This document shows positions 46,638-56,148 of a DNA stretch of 64,000 nucleotides, one piece after another. Each line of letters begins with the position of its first letter. Within the stretch, counting starts at the first letter, position 1. The notes under the pieces were generated by a model, which was not told where the DNA came from, made no database searches, and was given only the letters and a program-made list of their open reading frames with translations. This DNA comes from an uncultured Candidatus Poseidoniales archaeon (lineage in GTDB: Archaea; Thermoplasmatota; Poseidoniia; Poseidoniales; Poseidoniaceae), in assembly GCA_964015875.1 (NCBI GenBank), contig CAXHEV010000002.1:141307-205306 (forward strand), written 5' to 3'. The translations under genes and the position numbers were made by a program.

Positions 46638-47354
46638 ATGCACCCGACGGAAGTGGTCCACCTTGAGCACGATGGGAGGGTGCTCTTGGTCGATGAGTCG
46701 GGTCATGGTCCAATGCTTCCTACACCTGGACGAACTCGACTGGATACGACCTTACGCCTGCCCACAAAAGGTGAAATCGATGCTATGGAAATTCCGTGGC
46801 TGGAATTTAGACCGACTCGCATAAGATTCGGCGACCAAGTGTGCATGGTGATCAAAGGTTATCCAAAAATAGATTGGCCAAGCCACTGGGCATTGAAGGA
46901 TGACCTCATCAGCGATAATGCGGTTCACCCAATCGCTCGCGAGGCAATTTACAGATCGCTGCATCGACTTGTTTCCAAGGTCATGATATCCAACGATAGG
47001 GGCCAAGTATTACTGGGTCGTGTTGAACGTGGACACTTTCGTGGATTCTGGACCCTACCAGGAGGGTACATGGATCACGATGAGCATCCAGCAGAAGGTT
47101 GTGTTCGAGAAACAAAGGAAGAATTAGGTCTTGAAATCACCTTGCTCAATGATGAACCAGTGGTGACACAAAACATATTTTCCGACGAGGGGATATCATT
47201 CGTCTCCTTCACATACAGAGCCGTATGGAATGGTGACCCAAGCACCCTTCAAGTCCAGACTGAAGAAATCGCTGAGGTCAAGTGGTTTGATTTTGCAGAG
47301 GCCCAACAAATTGCAGTGTCACACTTCGATCGTGAAGCACTTCGGTCTCTTTAG
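46638..47354 (+). CDS. NUDIX hydrolase
   Basis: Nudix box GGYMDHDEHPAEGCVRETKEELGLE. The start is taken at MHPTEVV, where TTCATTTG lies 24-31 nt upstream. The open frame begins at TTG 46518 / ATG 46527. Confidence 0.8.
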   Translation: MHPTEVVHLEHDGRVLLVDESGHGPMLPTPGRTRLDTTLRLPTKGEIDAMEIPWLEFRPTRIRFGDQVCMVIKGYPKIDWPSHWALKDDLISDNAVHPIAREAIYRSLHRLVSKVMISNDRGQVLLGRVERGHFRGFWTLPGGYMDHDEHPAEGCVRETKEELGLEITLLNDEPVVTQNIFSDEGISFVSFTYRAVWNGDPSTLQVQTEEIAEVKWFDFAEAQQIAVSHFDREALRSL

Positions 47355-47356
47355 GA

Positions 47357-50206
47357 TTAGAGACCGACTGAGGTTCGGGCTGCAGCTAATGCCTCATCGA
47401 GTCCTTCAGCATGAGAACCTCCACCCTGTGCTAGCGTGGGGCGACCGCCGCCGCCACCTCGAATATGAGGGGCGATTTCTCGAAGCAGGGCAACAGCATC
47501 GTAACGCTCCGCTGCGACTGTGTTCTCGGTCACTGCAATCATGAGTTTACCACCGCCCTCCTTTGAACCGAGGACTGCAAGTGTTGGTTGGTCTGCATCG
47601 AGGGTCAGTTCCTTGAGCATCTTCGTCATCTTCTTTAGATTACCATGAGCTTCCATGATGACAATCCGTACACCGTCGAGTTCCTGTGAATCCGACCCAC
47701 CACCTGAGGTTCGAAGGCGCACAATTTCAGCTTCGAGTGATTCTATTCGCTTGCGTTGTTCTTTCCATTCATGGTAAAATCGTTCGGAAGTGCGTGGTAA
47801 ATCGGCGTTTGGAACACCATACATTTCGCTAATTTGACGAAGAATTTGATCTTGATCACTTGCGTACTTCAGGGCAGCTTGGCCGGCGACAATGTGCAAT
47901 CGTTCGACACCGTCTTGAACGGCCGAAGAGCGAACAATCCGGATTGAACCAATTTGCCCTGGCTCGTCGTGGTGGGTGCCTCCACATGCTTGAATGTCAT
48001 GGTCTGCGATCCTCAAGATTCGAATTGAACTGCCTTTAGGAGCCCCCCCTTGATACAAATCAAAGCCATATTTTTTGTCAGCATCCTTTCGATTCAATTC
48101 TGTCTTCTCCGTACGTTGTACCTGTACCAAGACATCATTAGCAAGGGCTTCAATTGCATCCAAATCAACTCGTGTAAGTCGATTGTAATGGGTAATATCC
48201 AATCGTGCCATCTCTGTTGATTTGTTAGCACCAGCCTGATAGATATGAGGACCGAGAACTTGACGTGCCGCCCCACCAACGATGTGGACTGCCGTATGGT
48301 GATCCATCAATTGTTTACGACGCTTCCAATCAATGCTACCATGGACCAAATCGCCGGTTTCAAAGGTACCATCAACAAGATGCAAAACGTGATCACCGAC
48401 TTTACGCGTATCGATCACATTGCACTGATTTGAATCAGTCTTCAGGGCACCATGGTCCCCTTCTTGGCCACCACCTTCAGGGTAAAAGCATGATTTGTCG
48501 AGGATAATTCCGTGCGTTGCTCCTTCTGGAAGGTCATCGCCAATCAATGGCATGCATGCAAGAACTGAAGCATCAAACTCTTGCTGCTGAACGTCATCGT
48601 AATAGAGGAGTTGAGTTGATGGCAACGAAGGTACATGTTCAACGAGGGGCTTTACTTCTACAGATTGGGCTGCTTTTTTTGCCATCTTGGCATGGCGTTC
48701 TGCCATTTCGGCTGCAAACCCTGTTCGAACAGATACCGACGACCAGCCCGCCTCTCGAGCCAAATTTACCGCCATGTCTGGTGCCAATCCGTGTGAATCA
48801 TTCATGTTGAATAATATTTCATCAGGGATTCGCTCGGCGTTCTTATCCAGTTGTTTGAGCTGCGTATTGATGACATTGCCACCTTTTCTAAGCATCTCAC
48901 CGTATCGGGATTCTTCTAACTCAAGAATTCCAAGCAAACCATCGTGGGTCTGCTTCATCATTGCACCACCGAGGTTCACTTCGATGTGGTGACGTGCCAA
49001 CTCAGCAAGGGAGACTGAAAGGTTGAGTTCATCCCTCAAGCGTAAGGTCCTGCGGGCAAGCATTCGAGCGAGGTATCCAGCCTTTGCGTTTGAAGGAACT
49101 AAACCATCACCTAACATATTGCATAGGGCGTGCAGGTGATCTGGAATGGCGTATATTTTGGCCAATGGCTCTGTAACAGCCGAAAATTGTTGAGCAGAAA
49201 CCTCGACCCCACGTTCGGATAGTCGACGTAGGAAGGTTGCTCGAAGTTCATCGGCATCGACGCCCGGTTCAATGTTCATGATGCCGTTAAGTCGACTCAT
49301 TTCTCCTAGAAGTGCATCGAGGTCAAGATTGGGCCATTGCTTCGTAATGTTGGAAAATTCTGCGAGATCTTTCAACCACGCTGTTGTTTCGGGGTAAATT
49401 GATTCATAGATGGTTGGCGTGCCTGCAGCAGCCCAACAAAATCGCTCCAATCCATATCCGGTATCGATGATTTGCAATGGCATCTCCCGGTATGTATCGC
49501 CCTTGAGTTCAACATCCCCATCAGGATGCTCTTCCATATTCATGAATACGAGGGTGGCAAGTTCTAACCCACCAACGATCACTTCAACCGCAGCGCCAGC
49601 ATTTCCCCCACCGCACCAAGGATTTTCGACATAGGTAATCTCCTTAGCATCAATACCAAGTGCCTCTGTCATCAATTCATGGCAATATCGAACACATTCC
49701 TCCATCCAGTAAAACATTCTCCCTTCATCCGGACGATTGAAGACATGGTGTGCCATCATCTCAAACGTGGTCAAGTGTCGCCCAGAGCGGCCGACAGCAT
49801 CAACATCTGTTAAGCGAATACAGGGTTGGGAAATTGTCAATGGGTTTGCAGGTGGCTCGACCTCACCAGAGGTGACATGAGGTTGGAAATCTGCTATCGA
49901 AGCAATCGTCAGGTGAATGTCATCTCGCCAACGAGCCAGCACCGGATAGGGTTCTACGCGGGTGTGCTGTTTTTTCTCAAAGAAATTCAGGAACGTTTCC
50001 CTCATGGCATCTTTGAGGGCTTTACCGCGCATTGGATAGCCTTGAATCAATGGAGCGCCAATGAAAGAATATTCGTCTTCTGTCGTGTCGCCACATGTTT
50101 CTCGTGCTTCATCAGTGGTCCAAAACCACAACCCAGTGATGGTGCACTGTTTGCGAAGAAAACCGTTCTCATGGAAGACGGCTAAATCGATTGGTGGCAA
50201 ACTCAT
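47357..50206 (-). CDS. alaS: Alanyl-tRNA synthetase (archaeal type)
   Basis: The N-terminus MSLPP...FHENGFLRKQC...WFWT...CGD...YSFIG is typical of archaeal AlaRS. The editing-domain blocks HTAVHIVGGA and CGGTH are present, with a C-terminal DHHA1-like GGGGGRP..AQGG. The open frame extends to 50293. Confidence 0.9.
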   Translation of the reverse strand: MSLPPIDLAVFHENGFLRKQCTITGLWFWTTDEARETCGDTTEDEYSFIGAPLIQGYPMRGKALKDAMRETFLNFFEKKQHTRVEPYPVLARWRDDIHLTIASIADFQPHVTSGEVEPPANPLTISQPCIRLTDVDAVGRSGRHLTTFEMMAHHVFNRPDEGRMFYWMEECVRYCHELMTEALGIDAKEITYVENPWCGGGNAGAAVEVIVGGLELATLVFMNMEEHPDGDVELKGDTYREMPLQIIDTGYGLERFCWAAAGTPTIYESIYPETTAWLKDLAEFSNITKQWPNLDLDALLGEMSRLNGIMNIEPGVDADELRATFLRRLSERGVEVSAQQFSAVTEPLAKIYAIPDHLHALCNMLGDGLVPSNAKAGYLARMLARRTLRLRDELNLSVSLAELARHHIEVNLGGAMMKQTHDGLLGILELEESRYGEMLRKGGNVINTQLKQLDKNAERIPDEILFNMNDSHGLAPDMAVNLAREAGWSSVSVRTGFAAEMAERHAKMAKKAAQSVEVKPLVEHVPSLPSTQLLYYDDVQQQEFDASVLACMPLIGDDLPEGATHGIILDKSCFYPEGGGQEGDHGALKTDSNQCNVIDTRKVGDHVLHLVDGTFETGDLVHGSIDWKRRKQLMDHHTAVHIVGGAARQVLGPHIYQAGANKSTEMARLDITHYNRLTRVDLDAIEALANDVLVQVQRTEKTELNRKDADKKYGFDLYQGGAPKGSSIRILRIADHDIQACGGTHHDEPGQIGSIRIVRSSAVQDGVERLHIVAGQAALKYASDQDQILRQISEMYGVPNADLPRTSERFYHEWKEQRKRIESLEAEIVRLRTSGGGSDSQELDGVRIVIMEAHGNLKKMTKMLKELTLDADQPTLAVLGSKEGGGKLMIAVTENTVAAERYDAVALLREIAPHIRGGGGGRPTLAQGGGSHAEGLDEALAAARTSVGL

Positions 50207-50324
50207 AGCATCACGCCCTTGGAGGAACGCCTCTCCCAGCAAAGCCTCCCCCTTGAAACCTGTGCTGTGTATTGTCCAATTTGCTTTGAACAACCCTCAA
50301 AGAGGATTTACCCGTGGCAAGACC

Positions 50325-51800
50325 ATGGCCGAAGATTGGCGCAACTATCTCACCGACGAAGGTGATGGTACAATGCGGATTAAGGCTCATGGAAACATGA
50401 ATGTTGATGCGAGGCTTGTCACCAATGCCCAGCACTTACAGGACCATGCGGATGATCGCGGGCCTGAACAGCTAGTAAATGCAGCATCCCTTCCCGGCAT
50501 CGTAGGAGAAGCGTGGGCCATGGCTGACTGGCATTTCGGATATGGCTTGCCAATCGGAGGCGTCGTTGCTACAGACACCGAAGCTGGAGAGCAAGGGGGC
50601 GCAATATCACCGGGAGGGGTCGGTTTTGACATCAATTGTGGCGTGCGAATGCTTGCACTCGATGCCACTGAAGACGACATTCCTAACTTGAAGAAACTAG
50701 CAGGAAGGCTTGCAGGAAGAATCCCCGCTGGTGCGTCTGGGAAAGGTGGCCTTGAGATCAACCCTCGGCAGTTGGACAATTTGATTCAAGGCGGAGCCGC
50801 TGCAGCTGTTGAGCTCGGCTTTGGTTACGACGAAGATCTTGCTCATATCGAATCTAATGGCGTCCTTCATACCGAAGAGGCTTCGATTTCCAACCGTGCA
50901 CGGGAACGTGGCCTCCGAGCGCTAGGTACCTTGGGAAGCGGAAATCATTTCTTAGAATTGCAGACTGTTGGAAAGACTGTTGATCACGAAACAGCAGAAA
51001 AATGGGGTCTTTTCGAAGGACAACTCGTTGCCATGATTCATTCCGGATCCCGGGGCCTTGGCCACCAAGTATGCAGTGACCATGTTCGTGCTCTCGAAGC
51101 GCGATATACCTCTCGTGACGGCATGTGGGTTGATGATGAATGGGATTATGTCTTACCAGATCGTCAATTGGCGGCAGCACCGTTCCACAGCAAAGAGGGG
51201 CAATCCTACTTTGATGCAATGAACGCTGCGGCGAATTTTGCCTTTGCCAACCGAAGCGCCTTGGCTCATCGTCTTCGCGAGGTCCTCAAATTGGAATTAG
51301 GTGTCGATGGTGATGCTCGATTGTTGTATGACGTAGCCCACAACATTGCAAAGGTAGAGAAGCATCACATCGATGGTGTCGAATGCACTTGCTGCGTGCA
51401 CAGAAAGGGAGCAACACGAGCTTTTGCTGGAAATCATAGCGAAATTTCGCAGGGTTATGCTGATAGCGGCCAACCAGTGTTGGTCCCCGGGGATATGGGG
51501 ACCGGTTCATGGCTGTTGTCGGGACCCAAACAGGGCACAAATCAGGCGTTTGGTTCATCTTGCCACGGAGCAGGTCGAGCCCTGTCGAGAACAAAGGCGA
51601 AAAAGACAATCGATGGAAAGGCGCTCAAACTCGAATTAGAAGCGAGAGGTATTCGCATACATGCATCAACGCCAAACGTTCTCGCAGAGGAAGCACCAGA
51701 TGCATACAAGGACGTCGATGAGGTCATTGCCTTAACCGACCAGGCCAACCTGGCTCGGCCTGTTGCACGCCTGAATCCACTGGCAGTGATCAAAGGCTGA
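50325..51800 (+). CDS. rtcB: RNA-splicing ligase RtcB
   Basis: GGVGFDINCGVR, GTLGSGNHFLE, IHSGSRGLGHQ and SSCHGAGR. The start is taken at MAEDWRNYL; the track ORF starts at 50061 inside alaS. Normal length with no intein. Confidence 0.95.
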   Translation: MAEDWRNYLTDEGDGTMRIKAHGNMNVDARLVTNAQHLQDHADDRGPEQLVNAASLPGIVGEAWAMADWHFGYGLPIGGVVATDTEAGEQGGAISPGGVGFDINCGVRMLALDATEDDIPNLKKLAGRLAGRIPAGASGKGGLEINPRQLDNLIQGGAAAAVELGFGYDEDLAHIESNGVLHTEEASISNRARERGLRALGTLGSGNHFLELQTVGKTVDHETAEKWGLFEGQLVAMIHSGSRGLGHQVCSDHVRALEARYTSRDGMWVDDEWDYVLPDRQLAAAPFHSKEGQSYFDAMNAAANFAFANRSALAHRLREVLKLELGVDGDARLLYDVAHNIAKVEKHHIDGVECTCCVHRKGATRAFAGNHSEISQGYADSGQPVLVPGDMGTGSWLLSGPKQGTNQAFGSSCHGAGRALSRTKAKKTIDGKALKLELEARGIRIHASTPNVLAEEAPDAYKDVDEVIALTDQANLARPVARLNPLAVIKG

Positions 51801-51802
51801 TG

Positions 51803-52030
51803 TCACATGCAGTAGTTATTTGCTGGCTGGCCGGGAATGGTCGGTGCTGCTCCACTATGCACCCCATCCGGCTCCTCACAAATCACACTCAAGAGTGTGT
51901 TCACAAGGTCTTTTAGTTCATCTACCTGGCTCTGAAGATCACGCACGCGTTGGCGCATCTCCGTTTTTGTTTCAAGCTCTCGCTCCATTCTCAATCCCAT
52001 CCAGAGAAGTTGCCTTCTCCAAGAAAACAT
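51803..52030 (-). CDS. Possible small coiled-coil protein
   Basis: 75-aa ORF (MERELETKTEMRQRVRDLQSQVDELKDLVNTLL...). It occupies an otherwise empty interval between rtcB and tRNA-Thr. No homology recognised. Confidence 0.3.
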   Translation of the reverse strand: MFSWRRQLLWMGLRMERELETKTEMRQRVRDLQSQVDELKDLVNTLLSVICEEPDGVHSGAAPTIPGQPANNYCM

Positions 52031-52113
52031 TCGTTAAAATCACCTTATAGCCTTTGAGGACTTCACCTGGCTAACCACTTCGATTTGGAGAGGTTCAGAT
52101 GGACGCGAAGCGG

Positions 52114-52120
52114 TTATATT
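52114..52120 (+). promoter_or_regulatory. TATA box of tRNA-Thr
   Basis: TTATATT is centred about 29 nt upstream of the first tRNA nucleotide (52146). Confidence 0.55.
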
Positions 52121-52145
52121 GGTCCGGTAAGTCGCCACGACTACT

Positions 52146-52220
52146 GCCACCGTGGCTTAGCGGTATAGCACCTCATTGGTAATGAGGAGGTCGCGAGTTC
52201 AATTCTCGCCGGTGGCTCCA
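52146..52220 (+). tRNA. tRNA-Thr (anticodon GGU), CCA encoded
   Basis: Hand-folded. Acceptor GCCACCG/CGGTGGC. D-arm GCTT..TAGC with a GG loop. Anticodon stem CCTCA/TGAGG with loop TT-GGT-AA. T-arm GCGAG-TTCAATT-CTCGC. Discriminator T, then genomic CCA. Confidence 0.9.
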
Positions 52221-52321
52221 ATGAATGACTGTACAATCGAGCAGCAATTCAAATTCTGATCTAGAATCTGAACGAGGCGTTGTGCCAAATACGCAACATT
52301 CACGCACATTGAGTACTAATG

Positions 52322-52407
52322 TGGCGCCGAGAGAGAGATTTGAACTCCCGAGGGACGGGCCCACGCGATTTCCAGTCGCGCGCACTACCAGGCTATGCGA
52401 TCTCGGC
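52322..52407 (-). tRNA. tRNA-Ser (anticodon GGA), long variable arm, CCA encoded
   Basis: Reverse strand: acceptor GCCGAGA/TCTCGGC. D-arm GCAT-AGCCTGGTA-GTGC. Anticodon stem CGCGA/TCGCG with loop CT-GGA-AA. 14-nt variable arm TGGGCCCGTCCCTC. T-arm GGGAG-TTCAAAT-CTCTC. Discriminator G, then CCA. Confidence 0.9.
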
Positions 52408-52434
52408 TTGTAACCCGGCCACTTAGCATCTCCG

Positions 52435-52440
52435 TTTAAT
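52435..52440 (-). promoter_or_regulatory. TATA-like element of tRNA-Ser
   Basis: The reverse strand reads gcATTAAAcgg, 28-33 nt upstream of the tRNA 5' end (52407). Confidence 0.45.
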
Positions 52441-52517
52441 GCTCACGGAATAAATTTCAAGAAAAAATGGAGAAGAGCAGTGCGAAAGAACTCATATGTT
52501 GACCCCTTGGCCAATGC

Positions 52518-53681
52518 ATGAGCGAGGAAGCCGGCCCGGACTCTGTCGTTCTCTCACAAGCGAGTGAGGACGCTGAAATCGAACACGGTGACATGCCATT
52601 TCGACTGCGAGATTTTTCACCACTGTTCTCTTTTTCGCAACTTCATGAACTCCTTGGCCCGATTGACCGAATTCAGTGTGAAATCCAGTTTCAAAGCAAA
52701 CTCGCGATTTACGAATGGGATAGGAAGCACTGGATTACCATGGCACTAGGCGCCGTAGCCTTCCTGCTCGGGGCCCTCTCTGCAGAAGTTATGAGCGGTG
52801 GGGATCCGATGAAGATCGGTGCCGAAGGCATCCAGTCTGTTTCTAGTGCTGTGTTCTTACAAATGATGCTTTCAATCATCCTCTGGTTTTGGTTTGCTGT
52901 ACAAATCTGGACCATGTTCCCCATTATGAGAACACACGCTATCTCTTTGCTTGTGTTTTGGAACCTATTTGTGATTGCCCAAATCCTCTATCATGAACAA
53001 AACCCAACGTTCCCAACTGGGTTCAGCCCATCAGAAATGATGATGGGGACATTGATTGTCCTTGTCGTTCTCTTCTTCATCTACTTCTTCTGGAAAGCAG
53101 TCACTGAAACTCGAGACCTCCACATAGAAGAATATCACCTTCACGAAGATGTGCGTTTGATGGAAATGGAAATGGCAGAACATTCTCTGGCTGGTTGGGG
53201 GCTCATGTTGGCCACATGGAGTGGAACAACCATGCTCTCAGCATGGGCTGGTGCTCATTTCATTGCAGACCAAGTTGTAGGCAGCATGGCCACGCTAAGC
53301 GTCCATGTCCTTTTTGGACTTGCTTCGATTCCCGTGTTCATGATGGTCATATGGTATCCACAGCGTATGCTCGGTCAAGGAGCAATTGTCAAAACCAGGG
53401 CAGCTATTGCCGCTGACGCAGAACTCTCGGATCAGGAACCATCTCAGAGCCAAAACAAGAGCGTATCTGTTTGTCCAGAGTGCGACGCTGAAGTGAACAT
53501 ATCTCGAAACAAGCAAGGGGGCATTGAACTGCCTTGCCCCTCACAAGGCTGTGCAACGATGGTTGTCATCGGCAGTACGTGCTCAAGTTGTAAAGCCGTC
53601 GCACCCACGCGATATGACTGCCCATCCTGCGGAATCAATGCACCTGTCCTTGATTTCTTATCTGATGTGGAGGCCTGGTGA
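52518..53681 (+). CDS. Polytopic membrane protein with C-terminal double zinc ribbon
   Basis: 387 aa with about 7 hydrophobic helices. The C-terminus is CPEC-x18-CPSQGC followed by CSSC-x9-CPSC. Its stop overlaps the next start (ATGA). Confidence 0.65.
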   Translation: MSEEAGPDSVVLSQASEDAEIEHGDMPFRLRDFSPLFSFSQLHELLGPIDRIQCEIQFQSKLAIYEWDRKHWITMALGAVAFLLGALSAEVMSGGDPMKIGAEGIQSVSSAVFLQMMLSIILWFWFAVQIWTMFPIMRTHAISLLVFWNLFVIAQILYHEQNPTFPTGFSPSEMMMGTLIVLVVLFFIYFFWKAVTETRDLHIEEYHLHEDVRLMEMEMAEHSLAGWGLMLATWSGTTMLSAWAGAHFIADQVVGSMATLSVHVLFGLASIPVFMMVIWYPQRMLGQGAIVKTRAAIAADAELSDQEPSQSQNKSVSVCPECDAEVNISRNKQGGIELPCPSQGCATMVVIGSTCSSCKAVAPTRYDCPSCGINAPVLDFLSDVEAW

Positions 53682-54898
53682 TGAATTTCAAAAAACTAAG
53701 AGAAGATTTCCCTACACTTCGTGCTGATCCTGATTTGGCCTATCTTGACAACGCTTGTGTCACACTCAAGCCTGATTCAGTCGTTGATGCAATTCATGAT
53801 TACTACACCACAAGTCCTGGTTGCGGTGGTCGATCTGTGCACAGGTATGGAACAAAAATCTCCCAACACACAGCAGCAGCCCGAGCGAAGTTAACGCGGT
53901 TCATCAATGCCGGCGATAAGAACGAAGTTGTATTCACACGCAATGCTACACAGTCCCTCAATCAGGTCGCTCATGGTATGCAGTGGAATGAAGGCGATGT
54001 TGTCTTAACCACCGACCGAGAACACAACTCCAACCTTGTACCTTGGTTGCAACTCGAACGGGAACAAGGAATTGACCACCGGGTTGTCGCCTCGAATGCA
54101 GACAACACGTTTGACATCGAGGCATTTGAGGCAGCTTGCGCTGATGCTGGTTCAAAGCTCAAATTGGTCTCAGTGAGTCATGTCGGTAATTTAGACGGTG
54201 TCAGCCTTCCAGTCAAAGAGATTGCAAAAATAGTTCACGATCATGATGCCCTAATTTGCGTTGATGGAGCGCAATCTACACCTCATATGAACGTCGATGT
54301 CCAAGATTTGGATATTGATTTCCTCGCCTTCTCGATTCACAAAATGTGCGGACCATCGGGGATGGGTGGATTGTGGGGTCGCTACGAACTCTTAGACAAC
54401 CTCCGAACGATTCAAGCAGGCGGGCAAACCGTACAGACCTCGACCTACGATTCAATTGAGTGGGCAGCTCCACCTGCACGGTTCGAGGGTGGTCTCGGGC
54501 ATTTCTCAGGGATGGTTGCAACAGGAGCGGCAATCGATTATCTCTCTGGTTTGGACATGACTGCTGTGAAGGAGCATGAAATCAAATTGAACCGGATCAT
54601 GAGCACCACCGTGAGTGGTCTCTCAGGTGTCGATATTATTGGCCCTGCTGATCCGTCCTTGCGAGGTGGTATTTGCTCTATCCTCATGCACGACTTACCC
54701 GCACATGACATCGCTCTACTGCTTGATGAAGCAGCGGGTGTCATGGTGCGAAGCGGCCAACACTGCGTGCATTCATGGTTCAACAGCAAAGGGCATGAAA
54801 ATGGTTCGCTGAGGGCTTCAGCATATTTCTACAACACCGAAGAGGAAGCAAAATTGTTTGCTGATACCCTAGAAGAAGCAGTTCAAGCATTTAGTTGA
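53678..54898 (+). CDS. sufS: Cysteine desulfurase (SufS/CsdA-like, class V aminotransferase)
   Basis: YLDNACVTLKP, FTRNATQSLN, the PLP-lysine block FSIHKMCGPSGMGGLWG and the active-site Cys block RSGQHCVHSW. Confidence 0.9.
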   Translation: MMNFKKLREDFPTLRADPDLAYLDNACVTLKPDSVVDAIHDYYTTSPGCGGRSVHRYGTKISQHTAAARAKLTRFINAGDKNEVVFTRNATQSLNQVAHGMQWNEGDVVLTTDREHNSNLVPWLQLEREQGIDHRVVASNADNTFDIEAFEAACADAGSKLKLVSVSHVGNLDGVSLPVKEIAKIVHDHDALICVDGAQSTPHMNVDVQDLDIDFLAFSIHKMCGPSGMGGLWGRYELLDNLRTIQAGGQTVQTSTYDSIEWAAPPARFEGGLGHFSGMVATGAAIDYLSGLDMTAVKEHEIKLNRIMSTTVSGLSGVDIIGPADPSLRGGICSILMHDLPAHDIALLLDEAAGVMVRSGQHCVHSWFNSKGHENGSLRASAYFYNTEEEAKLFADTLEEAVQAFS

Positions 54899-54903
54899 TT
54901 ACA

Positions 54904-56148
54904 ATGGATAAAACAGATTTTTGGGAAGATGCTGAACATCAGCATCAACCGCTAAGTGAGGTTGTTCCACAACCATTGCCTCCAATCCCACCACTCAATC
55001 AAGGCCAGGTGCAAGAAGCAAACCTCCATCCAAACACTATGCAACCTCAACTCGATGAGGACATTCAAACGGCCAAGAAAATTGTGAGCTTCTCAATTAC
55101 ATTGATTATGATTGTCAGCCTTGCATACACTGGTTTCATTCTTTTTGACGGTGATGCCCTTACTGGCTACCGGCCTGGAGATGCGGCTTTAGATTCACAA
55201 GAGGTCTACCGTGATTTGATTCAAGCCGATGAGGTTAACCTTGATGGTACAGGTGTCACCGTGTGCATCGTTGACTCAGGACTCAACCCCGACCACCAAG
55301 ATTTGGATGGACTGACGATTTCCAAGTGGCAAGATTTTGTTGGCGGAGCGAACAACCCGTACGACGATCATGGTCACGGTACAAGCATGGCTGGCATCCT
55401 CGTTGCAGACGGGTGGATGAAGGGAATTGCACCGAAAGTCGAATTACTCGTCGCTAAAGCGCTTGCAGAAAACGGTACAGGTGACGATACGGTTGTCGCT
55501 GAAGCCATTGACTGGTGTGCTGATAATGGAGCACATATCATCTCCTTGTCGCTTGGCGGGGCACCAGGAATCTTACCTTTCAATTTTGGAACTGGCAGGT
55601 CATCTGCACAAGCAGCAGAAGACGCAATGGAATCTGGAATCTTTGTAATCGCTGCAGCCGGAAATGACGGAGGTGCTGATGATGACGGTGATGTTGCTAC
55701 GCCTTGCAGTGAAACGGCTGTCATTTGTGTCGGTGGTGTGACTCAATCAGGTTCGCACTGGGAAGGGTCCTCCATTGGTGATAATAATGGCCGAATCTGG
55801 CCGCTTCCAATCATTACGCCTCGTTCCGACCCGCACAAAAAACCAGAACTTGTCGCACCGGCGGAATCCGTGGCAGTGATCAACAAAGAAGGAACATGGT
55901 CGCTGAGCGATGGAACAAGTGCTGCAACAGTGTACGTCACAGGCGCCATTGCATTGTTATTGCAAAACAATCCCGAGCTTGCGGCAAATGGGACTCAGGA
56001 CAACATTGCCAACATCAATCAAGTCAAGGAATGGATTGAACAAACAGCCCTTCCAAGGCCAACTCAAGAAGGTCATGATGACGAGTATGGTTATGGGCTC
56101 TTGCAAATCAAAGCACTCATTGATGCGGCGAACCCTGAGGAATCATGA
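54904..56148 (+). CDS. Membrane-anchored subtilisin-like serine protease (S8)
   Basis: One N-terminal TM (IVSFSITLIMIVSLAYTGFILF). Triad blocks VCIVDSGLNPDHQDL, HGHGTSMAGIL and SDGTSAATVYVTGAIALL. The track start, TTG 54895, overlaps the sufS stop. Confidence 0.85.
   Translation: MDKTDFWEDAEHQHQPLSEVVPQPLPPIPPLNQGQVQEANLHPNTMQPQLDEDIQTAKKIVSFSITLIMIVSLAYTGFILFDGDALTGYRPGDAALDSQEVYRDLIQADEVNLDGTGVTVCIVDSGLNPDHQDLDGLTISKWQDFVGGANNPYDDHGHGTSMAGILVADGWMKGIAPKVELLVAKALAENGTGDDTVVAEAIDWCADNGAHIISLSLGGAPGILPFNFGTGRSSAQAAEDAMESGIFVIAAAGNDGGADDDGDVATPCSETAVICVGGVTQSGSHWEGSSIGDNNGRIWPLPIITPRSDPHKKPELVAPAESVAVINKEGTWSLSDGTSAATVYVTGAIALLLQNNPELAANGTQDNIANINQVKEWIEQTALPRPTQEGHDDEYGYGLLQIKALIDAANPEES

Noticed and set aside
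50061-50324. N-terminal extension of the RtcB ORF, and the extension of the AlaRS ORF to 50293
   Set aside because: The extensions overlap each other on opposite strands. Homology-like N-termini begin at MAEDWRNYL (RtcB) and MSLPP...FHENGFLRKQC (AlaRS).
52221-52321. Possible C/D-box sRNA in the spacer between the two tRNAs (AUGAAUGA ... CUGA ... CUGA)
   Set aside because: The C-box candidate has an extra nucleotide relative to RUGAUGA. The spacing to the CUGA elements (27 nt, then 8 nt) does not fit the C-guide-D'/C'-guide-D layout, and there is no terminal stem.
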